NCBI GenBank assembly: GCA_965649115.1
Contig: CBFGJN010000008.1
Coordinates: 1-44,924 of the forward strand
DNA length: 44,924 nucleotides
Direction: 5' to 3'
Source of the DNA: a candidate division WOR-3 bacterium
GTDB lineage: Bacteria; Hydrothermota; Hydrothermia; LBFQ01; DSFT01
Part shown: in pieces, positions 8,698 to 17,496 of the stretch
Numbering within the stretch: position 1 is the stretch's first letter
How the letters are laid out: every line of letters starts with the position of its first letter
The notes under the pieces: model-generated
Told to the model about the DNA's origin: nothing
What the model saw: only the letters and a program-made list of their open reading frames with translations
The model's database searches: none
Program-made: the position numbers and the translations under genes

Positions 8698-10700
8698 TTT
8701 TTATATTTTTAAGTTTTGTAGATTCTTTGAATATGAACAAAGTTTTTAATTTCAATAAGTACCTTTCAGGAACAAGAAGTTTAGTTAAATTTAATAACTA
8801 TCTTTATATTTCAACTGCTTATGGACTAAAAATTGTAGATATAAGCAACTTAAATAATCCAAATCTATTAAATTACAATGAAAAATTTTACAAATCACTT
8901 ACAAATCTACAAATTTATAATAACTATTTATTTGTCGGTATTACAAATGGTTTCAGAGTATATGATATTTCAAATCCTTCTAATCCATCTATTGCTTTGG
9001 ACTATTATTATCCTTCTTCTGAAAACATTATCAAAATTTCAGGAAATTACTTGTTTGATATTTCTTATGTTGGAGGGTTTTCTATATTTGATATAACTAA
9101 TCCTTTAAATCCAATTTTAGTAGCAACAATTCCTTACTCATCAATAGGGAATGGTTATTATCTTGAAGTTTTAAACAATTATGCTTACACTTGTAGTAGT
9201 TATGGTTTTAGGATTTACGATATTTCAACACCTAATAATCCTGTTCTTATCTCTTCAATACCTATGACTTGTTTTCATATTACCTTGGATAACAATTTAG
9301 CCTACATTTTAGCCTATAATGGTCTTTATATTTATGATATTTCAAATGTTAGTAATCCAACCCAAAAAAGTTTTTTAAGTAGCTCTTATTATATAACTTC
9401 TTATAAGTTTAATAACTATCTTTATGTTATGAGTGGTAATACAGGTATAAGAATTATTGATGTATCAAATCCAAGTAGTCCAAATCAAGTTAATACCTAC
9501 TTTACAGGCGGTTCTGCACAGTCAGGATTTATTACTAATAATGTTCTATATTTGGCAGATTTTTATGGCATTAGGTTACTAGATGTTTCAAATCCTACGA
9601 ATTTATCAGAGATTTCAAGTTGGACGATTTCTGGTTATCCAAACAAAATTAAATTTTACAACAACCATATTTGGACAATAGAAGATAATAATTATCAGGT
9701 AATTGGAGGTTTAAAAATCTGGGATATATCAAACCCTAATAATCCTAATTTAATATCAAATTTTAAAAGAAAATCTGCTCTTATTTCAATGGATTTTATA
9801 AATAATTATGCTTATTTGTTTTATTCCGATTCTATTATTATCCTTGATATTTCAAATTTAAGCTCGCCAATTCAAGTTTCATCTATGGCAGCTGGGCCTG
9901 GCATTATTGTAGGAAATTATTTTTATTCGTTTTCTACTTTAAATTTGAGTGTGTTTGATATTTCAAATCCACTAAATCCTGTTTTAGAAAATAGTTTTTA
10001 TATTCCATTTTCTCCTCCTTATTCATTAACAGCTTATGGGAACTACATTTATGGAATAGCTTCTTCACCTAGTAATAGTATTTATTTGCTTGCTTTTGAT
10101 ATTTCAAATCCTGTTAGTCCATATTTGGCAGGTTTCGTTTCACTTGTTTATCCTTCAACAATTTCTTATTCAAATAATAGAGTTTATCTTTCGGAGGGAC
10201 ATTTTTTGCCTAATGGAATTTTAAGAATTTACGATGTATCAAATGTAAATAACATCCATCAAATAGGTTATTACGGCTCATCTTCAAGTGTTGTAAATAG
10301 TTATCCATTTGGTGATTATGTTCTTATATCTAATAGCTATGGTGGAGTTAAGGTTATAAATGTTAGTAATGTCAATAACCTGATTTTACTAGGATATTAC
10401 AATGATAGTTCAAATGTTTTAGATGCTTTGTTTTTAAATGGTTTTGTTTATAGCACGGAGGGAAATACTGGTTTTAGTGTTTATAAATTAAATATAACGA
10501 ATAATCCTGAAAAAGGGGAAATTATCAATTCAAGCAAAAATGCTATTGAATTTTTATCTGATGGATATTATAAAATTTATAGTGTTGATGGTAAATTGAT
10601 AAAAAGTGGTTTCTCAAAGAAAAACGAAAAACTAGTTTTGAAAAAAGGTGTTTATATTGTAAACTTAAATAAAACTATTAGGAAGGTGATTATTCAATAA
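8694..10700 (+). CDS. LVIVD-repeat beta-propeller protein with T9SS-type CTD
   Basis: About 13 repeats G(L/F)xI(Y/F/V)DISNPxNP. C-terminal KIYSVDGKLI...KKGVYIV...RKVIIQ. SD AGGAGG. Confidence 0.85.
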   Translation: MIFIFLSFVDSLNMNKVFNFNKYLSGTRSLVKFNNYLYISTAYGLKIVDISNLNNPNLLNYNEKFYKSLTNLQIYNNYLFVGITNGFRVYDISNPSNPSIALDYYYPSSENIIKISGNYLFDISYVGGFSIFDITNPLNPILVATIPYSSIGNGYYLEVLNNYAYTCSSYGFRIYDISTPNNPVLISSIPMTCFHITLDNNLAYILAYNGLYIYDISNVSNPTQKSFLSSSYYITSYKFNNYLYVMSGNTGIRIIDVSNPSSPNQVNTYFTGGSAQSGFITNNVLYLADFYGIRLLDVSNPTNLSEISSWTISGYPNKIKFYNNHIWTIEDNNYQVIGGLKIWDISNPNNPNLISNFKRKSALISMDFINNYAYLFYSDSIIILDISNLSSPIQVSSMAAGPGIIVGNYFYSFSTLNLSVFDISNPLNPVLENSFYIPFSPPYSLTAYGNYIYGIASSPSNSIYLLAFDISNPVSPYLAGFVSLVYPSTISYSNNRVYLSEGHFLPNGILRIYDVSNVNNIHQIGYYGSSSSVVNSYPFGDYVLISNSYGGVKVINVSNVNNLILLGYYNDSSNVLDALFLNGFVYSTEGNTGFSVYKLNITNNPEKGEIINSSKNAIEFLSDGYYKIYSVDGKLIKSGFSKKNEKLVLKKGVYIVNLNKTIRKVIIQ

Positions 10701-10719
10701 ATACCATTAAATTGACAAA

Positions 10720-10749
10720 TTGAAATAGAAAACTATTATGCTTTAAAAT
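10720..10749 (+). promoter_or_regulatory. Sigma70-type promoter of the tRNA operon
   Basis: TTGAAA-18-TAAAAT, ending 15 nt upstream of the tRNA. Confidence 0.55.
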
Positions 10750-10764
10750 TTCAAGCTTACAAAC

Positions 10765-10837
10765 GGGCCCGTAGCTCAAGTGGCAGAGCAGCGGACTCAT
10801 AATCCGTGGGTTGTAGGTTCGAGTCCTACCGGGCCCA
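10765..10837 (+). tRNA. tRNA with CAT anticodon, most likely tRNA-Ile2 (lysidine); CCA not encoded
   Basis: Acceptor GGGCCCG/CGGGCCC, D arm GCTC/GAGC, anticodon arm GCGGA-CTCATAA-TCCGT, T arm GTAGG-TTCGAGT-CCTAC. The paired G1-C72 and lack of three consecutive G-C anticodon-stem pairs exclude the initiator. C4-G69 and C5-G68 fit Ile2. Confidence 0.9.
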
Positions 10838-10838
10838 T

Positions 10839-11096
10839 ATGTTTTGGTTAATAAGTTCAATAATAATTAATAAAAGTGTTTCAAAAGTGGCTGATGGTTA
10901 TTATTATATGATTTTGAAGGGAACATCTGATAGGTTTTTTGTTGCTAATGTTATGAAGGGTGATATAAATGGTAACACTTGTGAAATTCCTTATATGAAT
11001 ATAAAATTAAATGTTGATGGAAAAATTATTGATTGTATTTACAAACCTACCCAAAATTTAAATGAGTTTGAAGTAGTAATTCATTATAGGAAATAA
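10839..11096 (+). CDS. Small hypothetical protein (85 aa), probably exported
   Basis: First ATG after the tRNA (the 10806 start lies inside the tRNA). It fills the gap to the next gene exactly. N-terminus MFWLISSII, two Cys. Confidence 0.6.
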   Translation: MFWLISSIIINKSVSKVADGYYYMILKGTSDRFFVANVMKGDINGNTCEIPYMNIKLNVDGKIIDCIYKPTQNLNEFEVVIHYRK

Positions 11097-11097
11097 C

Positions 11098-12198
11098 TTG
11101 ATTACTGCTGTTGAAATTGAGGCAAAGGCAAGGGAATTAAAAAGTAAGGGTTATCCTGTCATATCATTAGCTATTGGAGAACCAGATTTTCCTATTCATG
11201 AAAATATAAAAAAATCAATAAATCAAGCAATTCTTGAAAATAAAAATTACTATCCTAATCCACAAGGTGTTATTGAATTAAGAGAAGCAATAGCAGAATA
11301 TGAAACTGAAAGAAAAAAGGTTAATATAAGTCCTGATGAAATTTTGATAACAGCAGGTGGAAAGCCAGTTATATTTTATACAATTTTTTCACTTTGTAAT
11401 GAAGATGATGAAGTTATTTTATTTGAACCGTATTATTTAGTTTATCCTTATTGGTGTAAAGTTTTAAATATAAAATATCACATCATTAAATTAAATGAAG
11501 ATGGAACAATTCCAAAAGATGAATTATTAAAATGTGTAAATAATAAAACAAGACTTTTAATTATTAACTATCCCAACAATCCGCAAGGAAGTTTAATGTC
11601 AAAAGAAAACTTAGAATTATTATTAGAAGTTCTTGATAAATATCCAAGAATTTATATTTTATCTGATGAAGTTTATTCAGAACTAATTTATGAGGGTGAG
11701 CATATATCAATTTTTAGTTATAATAAAGATAGAGTTATTCTTTTGGAAAGCTTTTCAAAAACATTCTGCATGACGGGTCTTAGACTTGGTTATGGAATAT
11801 TTCCAAAGGAAATGATAAAAAATTTAATAACATTCAATTCAAATTTGATAACAGGACCAACAACACCTGTTCAGTATGGTGGAATAACAGCTCTAAAAGA
11901 TAATGAAGTTAAAAATTATGTTAATTTCATGAGAGAAGAATTTAAAAAGAGGAGGGATTTTGTTTATGAAAAACTAAAACATTTTGTTAAATTTAAACCT
12001 AAGGGTGCATTTTATTATTTTATAGAAATTCCTTACGATAGCTTGGAATTTTGTAATAAAGCATTAAATGAAAAATTTTTAGCATTAACACCTGGTTCTT
12101 TATTCGGTAATAGCTTTAAAAATTATGTTAGAATTTCATTTGCAAATTCAATAGAAAACCTAAATGAAGGTTTAAATAGGTTCTTAAGTCTTTTATGA
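11098..12198 (+). CDS. PLP-dependent aminotransferase class I/II (aspartate aminotransferase-like)
   Basis: LAIGEPDF, INYPNNPQG, SDEVY, SFSKTFCMTGLRLG (PLP lysine). Confidence 0.92.
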   Translation: MITAVEIEAKARELKSKGYPVISLAIGEPDFPIHENIKKSINQAILENKNYYPNPQGVIELREAIAEYETERKKVNISPDEILITAGGKPVIFYTIFSLCNEDDEVILFEPYYLVYPYWCKVLNIKYHIIKLNEDGTIPKDELLKCVNNKTRLLIINYPNNPQGSLMSKENLELLLEVLDKYPRIYILSDEVYSELIYEGEHISIFSYNKDRVILLESFSKTFCMTGLRLGYGIFPKEMIKNLITFNSNLITGPTTPVQYGGITALKDNEVKNYVNFMREEFKKRRDFVYEKLKHFVKFKPKGAFYYFIEIPYDSLEFCNKALNEKFLALTPGSLFGNSFKNYVRISFANSIENLNEGLNRFLSLL

Positions 12199-12752
12199 AA
12201 CTTATAGCAATTACAGGAAATGCAGGAAGTGGCAAAACGACAATTTCAAATATATTAAAAGAGAAAGGTTATTGTATAATAAATGCAGATGAAGTTGTTC
12301 ATAAATTATTACAAACGGAAGAAGTTAAAAACTTTATTATTCAGACATTTGGTGAGCGATTTCTTGATAGGAAAAAGTTATCAGATTACTTATTTAGAAA
12401 TCCAATGGAAATGGAAAAGTATGAAAAATTTATAAGAGAAAAAGTAATTAAAGCAATAAATGAAGAAATTTTAAAACAAAATTGTGAAACAATAATTATT
12501 GATGCTGCTTTAATTTTTGAGTATAAACTTGAATATATGTTTGATAAGATAATTTGTGTTGTTGCTGATGAAGATAAGTTGATTGAAAGATTAAAAAATA
12601 AAGGATATAGTGAAGATACTGCTAAATTAATTTTATTAAGACAAATGCCTCAAAAAGAAAAGGCAAAAAGAAGTGATATTGTAATTGAGAATAATGGAAC
12701 TCTTGACGAACTTAAAGAAAAAATTTCAAAACTTATTCTCAATTTCATTTAA
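12195..12752 (+). CDS. coaE: Dephospho-CoA kinase
   Basis: ITGNAGSGKT P-loop, ADEVVH, DRKKL, DAALIFE, RQMP, SDIVIENNG. Confidence 0.9.
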   Translation: MKLIAITGNAGSGKTTISNILKEKGYCIINADEVVHKLLQTEEVKNFIIQTFGERFLDRKKLSDYLFRNPMEMEKYEKFIREKVIKAINEEILKQNCETIIIDAALIFEYKLEYMFDKIICVVADEDKLIERLKNKGYSEDTAKLILLRQMPQKEKAKRSDIVIENNGTLDELKEKISKLILNFI

Positions 12753-14165
12753 GTCAATTTCATAAATAATTCTTCTATTGTTATGGTCAAAGTTTGGATT
12801 TTTAAGAGATAATAGTTTTAAAATAATTTCATCGTCAGATAATTTGCTATATTTTACAGCAATATCAAGAACTTGATTTAAAAATGCTTCAACTTCAAAT
12901 ACATGTTTTTTGTTATCAAGGGATTTCAAAATTAATTCCATATCTTCGTAATTTAAACTTTCAATTATATCAGGAATTCCATTTATAATAATTTCATTTT
13001 CTTTCGCTATTAAGTTAAAGCCATAGACTTTTAGAATTTTTAAACTTTCATCTGATAATTTTATTTTGAATGTATAAGGAAATGTTAGCATTTGAGTTTT
13101 ATATTGTTTGCTTAATAATTTTTGAAAATAAATTTTTCTTAGTGCTCTTTCTCTATGAATAATTAAAATACTATTTTTTGAAATTGTTGTTATAAATTTT
13201 GGTTTGCTTTCAATTTTGACTTGATTGCTTATTTGAATATGCTTTGGTTTAATTTTTATATCTTTGTTTTCATTTATAAACTTTTTTAGTTCATTATATA
13301 TATTGATGTTTTTTGAAAACTTAACTTCAAGTTTTTTTGGATGGACATTCACATCAACGTCTTTTGGATTGACATTTATAAAAATAATGTAATTTAGCTT
13401 GCTTAAAATTTGAGAAATTTTATTATCAATTACTGGTCTTAAATTTACAAAAATTCTATTTTCAATACTTTTATCAAAAATATATAATTCTAATGAAAAT
13501 TCAGAAGTTCTTAAAACTTTCTTTTGAAATTCACCAAATATCATTTTTATTCTTTCATCTCTGTTATCAGTTTTCTGAAAAACTAAATGCTTATTTGATA
13601 AGCTTAATTTGAATGTTATATCTTCAAATGCCAAAACATAATTTAAAATGACATTTTTTATTTTTTTCATCTCCGTTTTTGAATTTGAAAGAAAATTTCT
13701 TCTAATTGGAACATTAAAAAACAAATCTTTAACAATAATTGTAGTTCCTTTATTACAATAACAATTTCTAAAATCAATTAAATTACCACTTTCAAATTTT
13801 GCTTCATATCCTTCAATACCATCAATACTACTTCTTACTATCATTCTTGAAATATTTGAAATTGAATATAATGCTTCTCCTCTAAATCCAAATGTTTTTA
13901 GATTAAGTAAGTCTTCAAAATTGCTTAGCTTACTTGTCCAATTCTTTTTTGTGATATTTAATAAATCTTCCTTTTCAATTCCTTCACCATTATCTTTAAC
14001 TTTTATTAAACTTAATCCCTTTCCTTTTACTTGAATGATAATTTCAGAACTTTTGGCATCTATTGAATTTTCAATTAATTCTTTAATTACATCGGATGGA
14101 TTATTTATTACTTCACCTGCTGAAATTTTATTTATTACATAGTCTGGAAGTTTTTTTATTTTCAT
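12726..14165 (-). CDS. mutL: DNA mismatch repair protein MutL (short, degenerate C-terminal domain)
   Basis: ISAGEVI, KELIENSIDA, DNGEGI, TFGFRGEAL, DLFFNVPIRR, VDVNVHPKKLEV. Confidence 0.9.
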   Translation of the reverse strand: MKIKKLPDYVINKISAGEVINNPSDVIKELIENSIDAKSSEIIIQVKGKGLSLIKVKDNGEGIEKEDLLNITKKNWTSKLSNFEDLLNLKTFGFRGEALYSISNISRMIVRSSIDGIEGYEAKFESGNLIDFRNCYCNKGTTIIVKDLFFNVPIRRNFLSNSKTEMKKIKNVILNYVLAFEDITFKLSLSNKHLVFQKTDNRDERIKMIFGEFQKKVLRTSEFSLELYIFDKSIENRIFVNLRPVIDNKISQILSKLNYIIFINVNPKDVDVNVHPKKLEVKFSKNINIYNELKKFINENKDIKIKPKHIQISNQVKIESKPKFITTISKNSILIIHRERALRKIYFQKLLSKQYKTQMLTFPYTFKIKLSDESLKILKVYGFNLIAKENEIIINGIPDIIESLNYEDMELILKSLDNKKHVFEVEAFLNQVLDIAVKYSKLSDDEIILKLLSLKNPNFDHNNRRIIYEIDLNEIENKF

Positions 14166-14173
14166 TTAAAATG

Positions 14174-14191
14174 CCCCACCAAGTGGTGGGG
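14174..14191 (-). terminator. GC hairpin between the esterase gene and mutL
   Basis: CCCCACCA/TGGTGGGG inverted repeat, followed on the minus strand by CATTTTAA and the mutL ATG. Confidence 0.45.
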
Positions 14192-14194
14192 AAA

Positions 14195-15604
14195 TTACTT
14201 CTTTAAGAAGAATTTTAAGACTTCTCCAAGTTCATTATAAATATATTGATTATGTGTTGCAGGGAAGTTAAATGGATCAGTTGAACCATCTAAAATTTTA
14301 TAATAAACAAATTGATTTATATCCTTTCCTTTTGATTGATATTTATTTTTCATATATTCATAAAGAACAGAATCCATGCTAAGTATAACAAATTCTAAGT
14401 CTTGTCCATATCCTTTTCCTGTTGAAATATAAACTTTTAAGTTGTTATCCACAAGCGAATTAGATTGAGGAGTATTATTAGCATACCAAGTTAGAATGTC
14501 GTTTCTTAAAAGCCAAGCAAAGACTAATGTGGGTTGAATGATGTTGTTTAAATCTTTTGTTATAGGAAGATATAAACCTATACAATTTGTTCCCAAAGCA
14601 GATATGATATATGTTGAATCTTGATTGAAATTGGCACAATTATCAAATTTTGGAGAAAATGCTGCTGATAATGCTATTATGAAATTAGAAAATCCTTTAA
14701 TTCTAATAGGACTTATTCTATATATTACAATTGTTGTTTTAATTGTGCTATCTGCTGTTATAATTGTTGTATCTTTTTTATAAACTGCATTATAAATATC
14801 TGGAATTTTCAAGAGCAAAGCCATTGTGTCAAAACCATATGGAAATCTTGAATTTATATAATAACTATAAATTAATGCTTGTTTTGCATAGACAAAATTA
14901 TTATTCTTAAATATACTATCGTATTTTACCCAATATAGTGAGTCGTTTATTTCACCTTTTAGAACATTTTTTACAAAATTTTGGGCATTAGGGTCAGTAA
15001 ATACACCAAATCCAAGAGGACCACTAATTGAAGCAACACCTTTAAATAAATCTGGTCTATCATGAGTAATTCTCATTGCACCATATCCACCCATAGAATA
15101 TCCAGCTATATATCTTGTCCCATTTAATTTCCCTTTATTAATTATAATGTTTTCAACTTGTGGTATAACTTCTTGGATTATGTAGTCTTCATATTTTCCA
15201 AAAACATTCACATTATTCATTGGATCAACTGAATTAACATAAAAACTTCCTCCAAATGGATTTTTCCCATTTACAAATACAAGGATTGCAGGATTTATTT
15301 CATTTTTTGAATAAAGATAACTCATAATTGTTCCAATATCATAGACAACTTTATAATAATTATAATCTGCACCAAATGGATGTAAGAAATAGAAGATAGG
15401 ATATTTTACAGTAGTATCACTAGCATTGTAGTTTGGTGGATAATAAATAATAACACGAGATTGGAATGATGTATCAGTTATTTTTCCAGATGTAGATATG
15501 CTGTATTCAGAATAATAACCTGTTGGGAAGGAAATTTCATTATCTTTTTGCTTACAAGCTGAAAAAGCTGATAATAAAATTAAAATAGTTATTAACTTTC
15601 TCAT
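14195..15604 (-). CDS. Lipoprotein alpha/beta-hydrolase (esterase family)
   Basis: Lipobox AFSA-C, YYPPNY...YPIFYFLH, SFYVNS, nucleophile motif GYSMG, candidate catalytic His in ATHN. SD AGGAGG. Confidence 0.8.
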   Translation of the reverse strand: MRKLITILILLSAFSACKQKDNEISFPTGYYSEYSISTSGKITDTSFQSRVIIYYPPNYNASDTTVKYPIFYFLHPFGADYNYYKVVYDIGTIMSYLYSKNEINPAILVFVNGKNPFGGSFYVNSVDPMNNVNVFGKYEDYIIQEVIPQVENIIINKGKLNGTRYIAGYSMGGYGAMRITHDRPDLFKGVASISGPLGFGVFTDPNAQNFVKNVLKGEINDSLYWVKYDSIFKNNNFVYAKQALIYSYYINSRFPYGFDTMALLLKIPDIYNAVYKKDTTIITADSTIKTTIVIYRISPIRIKGFSNFIIALSAAFSPKFDNCANFNQDSTYIISALGTNCIGLYLPITKDLNNIIQPTLVFAWLLRNDILTWYANNTPQSNSLVDNNLKVYISTGKGYGQDLEFVILSMDSVLYEYMKNKYQSKGKDINQFVYYKILDGSTDPFNFPATHNQYIYNELGEVLKFFLKK

Positions 15605-15617
15605 ATTCCTCCTCCTT

Positions 15618-16988
15618 TTAAAACTTGTAATTTAAACCAAAGCCAACAGCAAAAATTGAAAACTTATATTCTCCTGGAAGGTTATATGAACTCTTGCTAA
15701 CTTCTTTCTTTGGCATTATGAAGTACTCAAAATTTATATCATAAGAAAAGTTGTTGTATTCTCTTGAAAATCCTCCTGTTAGTTGGATTTTATTTCCTGG
15801 ATCTGGTATTAGAGGTGTGAATGTTGAATCAGGAACTGGACTTTGATCAAAGGCAAAGCCTATTCTTAATGGAGTATTTTGAATTATTCTGTATTCTAAT
15901 CCTAAACCAAATTTAAATGTACTTTTCCAATTTTCTACAAATTCTTCACTTGATGGTAAAAATTTTCCAAGAATTTTATCACCAGTTTGTGAAGCACTAT
16001 CTATATCTAACTTTATTTTATCAAAAACACTCCAACCTTGATACTGAACAAAACCACCTAAGGTTAGTTTCTCAACTTTATATGCTAATCCAAAGTCTAA
16101 AATAAGAGGTAATTTAAATACTGCACTTCCTTTTGCTTTTGAGCTTCCAGTTCCTCCAAGGAATATAGGATTTCCTCCTGATGAATTATAATAATATGAA
16201 TTTTTTGGGAAATAAACATCTGCATTTATTTCTCCGTTTATTTTTGGACTTGAATTGTATCGTACTGCCAAACCTGTTTTTAATGATCCAATTTCATATT
16301 TAACACCACCATTTAAAACGAATCCCCATCCACTACCAGTTAATTTTACATCAACAGGCATATATGAGTATGGATAACCAAGGTCAGGGATATTATCTTT
16401 GTTTGCATCAAGAAGAGCAAAATCAACTTTTCTTAGTAAAATTGATGTTCTTGAAATCCCAAGTGCTAATCCAAATGAGAAATTTCTAATTTTTTTACCA
16501 TAACCTAAAACTGCGTCTATTACTTCAATTGAACTTTCATGGTCTACTTTTGGATAATTATCTAATCCATCATCTCTATAACCTATAGGTAGTGAATATA
16601 AATCCCATTTTGTTCCAAGACCAAATGGAACATATAAAGCAAATCCAAAGTTTTGTCCTTTATATGGTAAAACGAAACCAAATGCAGGTATTAAAAAACT
16701 TTGCTCTGAATTTATTGGATAGTTTTTTAAAGAATAAGGTCCATCCATTCCAACAATACCAGTTCTTGTAGTAGCATTACCAAAAGTTCCAACAATTGAG
16801 CTATGAATTCCAAAACTCTTTTTAGCATCAGCTAAGCCAGCTGGATTCCAATAAACAGCAGTCCAGTCATCAACAATTGAAACGTAAGAACCTGCTAAGC
16901 TTAAGGCTTTCCCACCCAATCCACTAAGAGCAAAACCGCCAGCAAACGAAATATAAGGAATTATCAATAAAATGAGAATTTTCCTCAT
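15618..16988 (-). CDS. FadL/TodX-family outer-membrane transporter
   Basis: Signal peptide, GGF...DDWTAVYWNPAGL hatch motif, PFGLGTKW, FDQSPVP...PLIPD, C-terminal YKF. Confidence 0.85.
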   Translation of the reverse strand: MRKILILLIIPYISFAGGFALSGLGGKALSLAGSYVSIVDDWTAVYWNPAGLADAKKSFGIHSSIVGTFGNATTRTGIVGMDGPYSLKNYPINSEQSFLIPAFGFVLPYKGQNFGFALYVPFGLGTKWDLYSLPIGYRDDGLDNYPKVDHESSIEVIDAVLGYGKKIRNFSFGLALGISRTSILLRKVDFALLDANKDNIPDLGYPYSYMPVDVKLTGSGWGFVLNGGVKYEIGSLKTGLAVRYNSSPKINGEINADVYFPKNSYYYNSSGGNPIFLGGTGSSKAKGSAVFKLPLILDFGLAYKVEKLTLGGFVQYQGWSVFDKIKLDIDSASQTGDKILGKFLPSSEEFVENWKSTFKFGLGLEYRIIQNTPLRIGFAFDQSPVPDSTFTPLIPDPGNKIQLTGGFSREYNNFSYDINFEYFIMPKKEVSKSSYNLPGEYKFSIFAVGFGLNYKF

Positions 16989-16995
16989 AGTGAAA

Positions 16996-17024
16996 ATTTT
17001 AAAGTATAATTAAAGCTCTGTCAA
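16996..17024 (-). promoter_or_regulatory. Consensus sigma70 promoter for a leaderless FadL-like mRNA
   Basis: On the minus strand: TTGACA-17-TAAAAT, then 7 nt, then ATG. Confidence 0.75.
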
Positions 17025-17088
17025 AGTAAAAATGGGGGTTTTGTCTCCCAAAGCCGATGAAAAATTTTCTAAAATTTAAGCCGATTTT

Positions 17089-17180
17089 TGCTTCGTCCAA
17101 AAGTTATAAAAATTCATTTAAAACTATTTATTTTTCGGAGGGATTTAAGGGGGCGAAGTTATAAACCGAAGGCTTAAAAT
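17089..17180 (-). repeat. Degenerate partial copy of the MITE-like repeat
   Basis: TGCTTCGTCCA end, GGGATTTAAGGGGGCGAAG and AAACCGAAGGCTTAAA match the 33590 copy. Confidence 0.55.
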
Positions 17181-17202
17181 TATGCTTTAAAATTTTAAAA
17201 CT

Positions 17203-17496
17203 ATGAAAAAATTTATATTTACTTTTTTGGTTTTTTTAAGTTTGGCAAATGCAAAAATAAATCTTGATGTTGAATCAACTGTTATTCCCAAAAACCAAAG
17301 TGCTACTATTTATGCTTATAGTGATAAACTTTCTATATTATCAGTCTATGATAATTCAGGCAGAATGATTTACAATTTTCTAAATGTCGGTAATAATGTT
17401 TATAAACTTCAATTTCCAAAGCAAGGATTGTACATTATTATTCTTAGAGAAAAAGAGACAAATGAAATGAAAAAATTCATTTTAGTTCTACCTTAA
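17203..17496 (+). CDS. Small exported protein: signal peptide plus a CTD-like Ig domain only
   Basis: MKKFIFTFLVFLSLANA signal, then VYDNSGRMI...QGLYII...KKFILV. Confidence 0.65.
   Translation: MKKFIFTFLVFLSLANAKINLDVESTVIPKNQSATIYAYSDKLSILSVYDNSGRMIYNFLNVGNNVYKLQFPKQGLYIIILREKETNEMKKFILVLP

Noticed and set aside
8840..10260. Recurring GATATTTCAAATCC DNA repeat
   Set aside because: It encodes the DISNP motif of the LVIVD protein repeats.
10806..10838. ORF-track start at 10806
   Set aside because: It lies within the tRNA; ATG 10839 is the plausible start.
15618..16988. PorV (T9SS shuttle) assignment
   Set aside because: The shared NPAGL motif is family-wide. Length, PFGL and DQSPVP..P.IPD fit FadL/TodX better.
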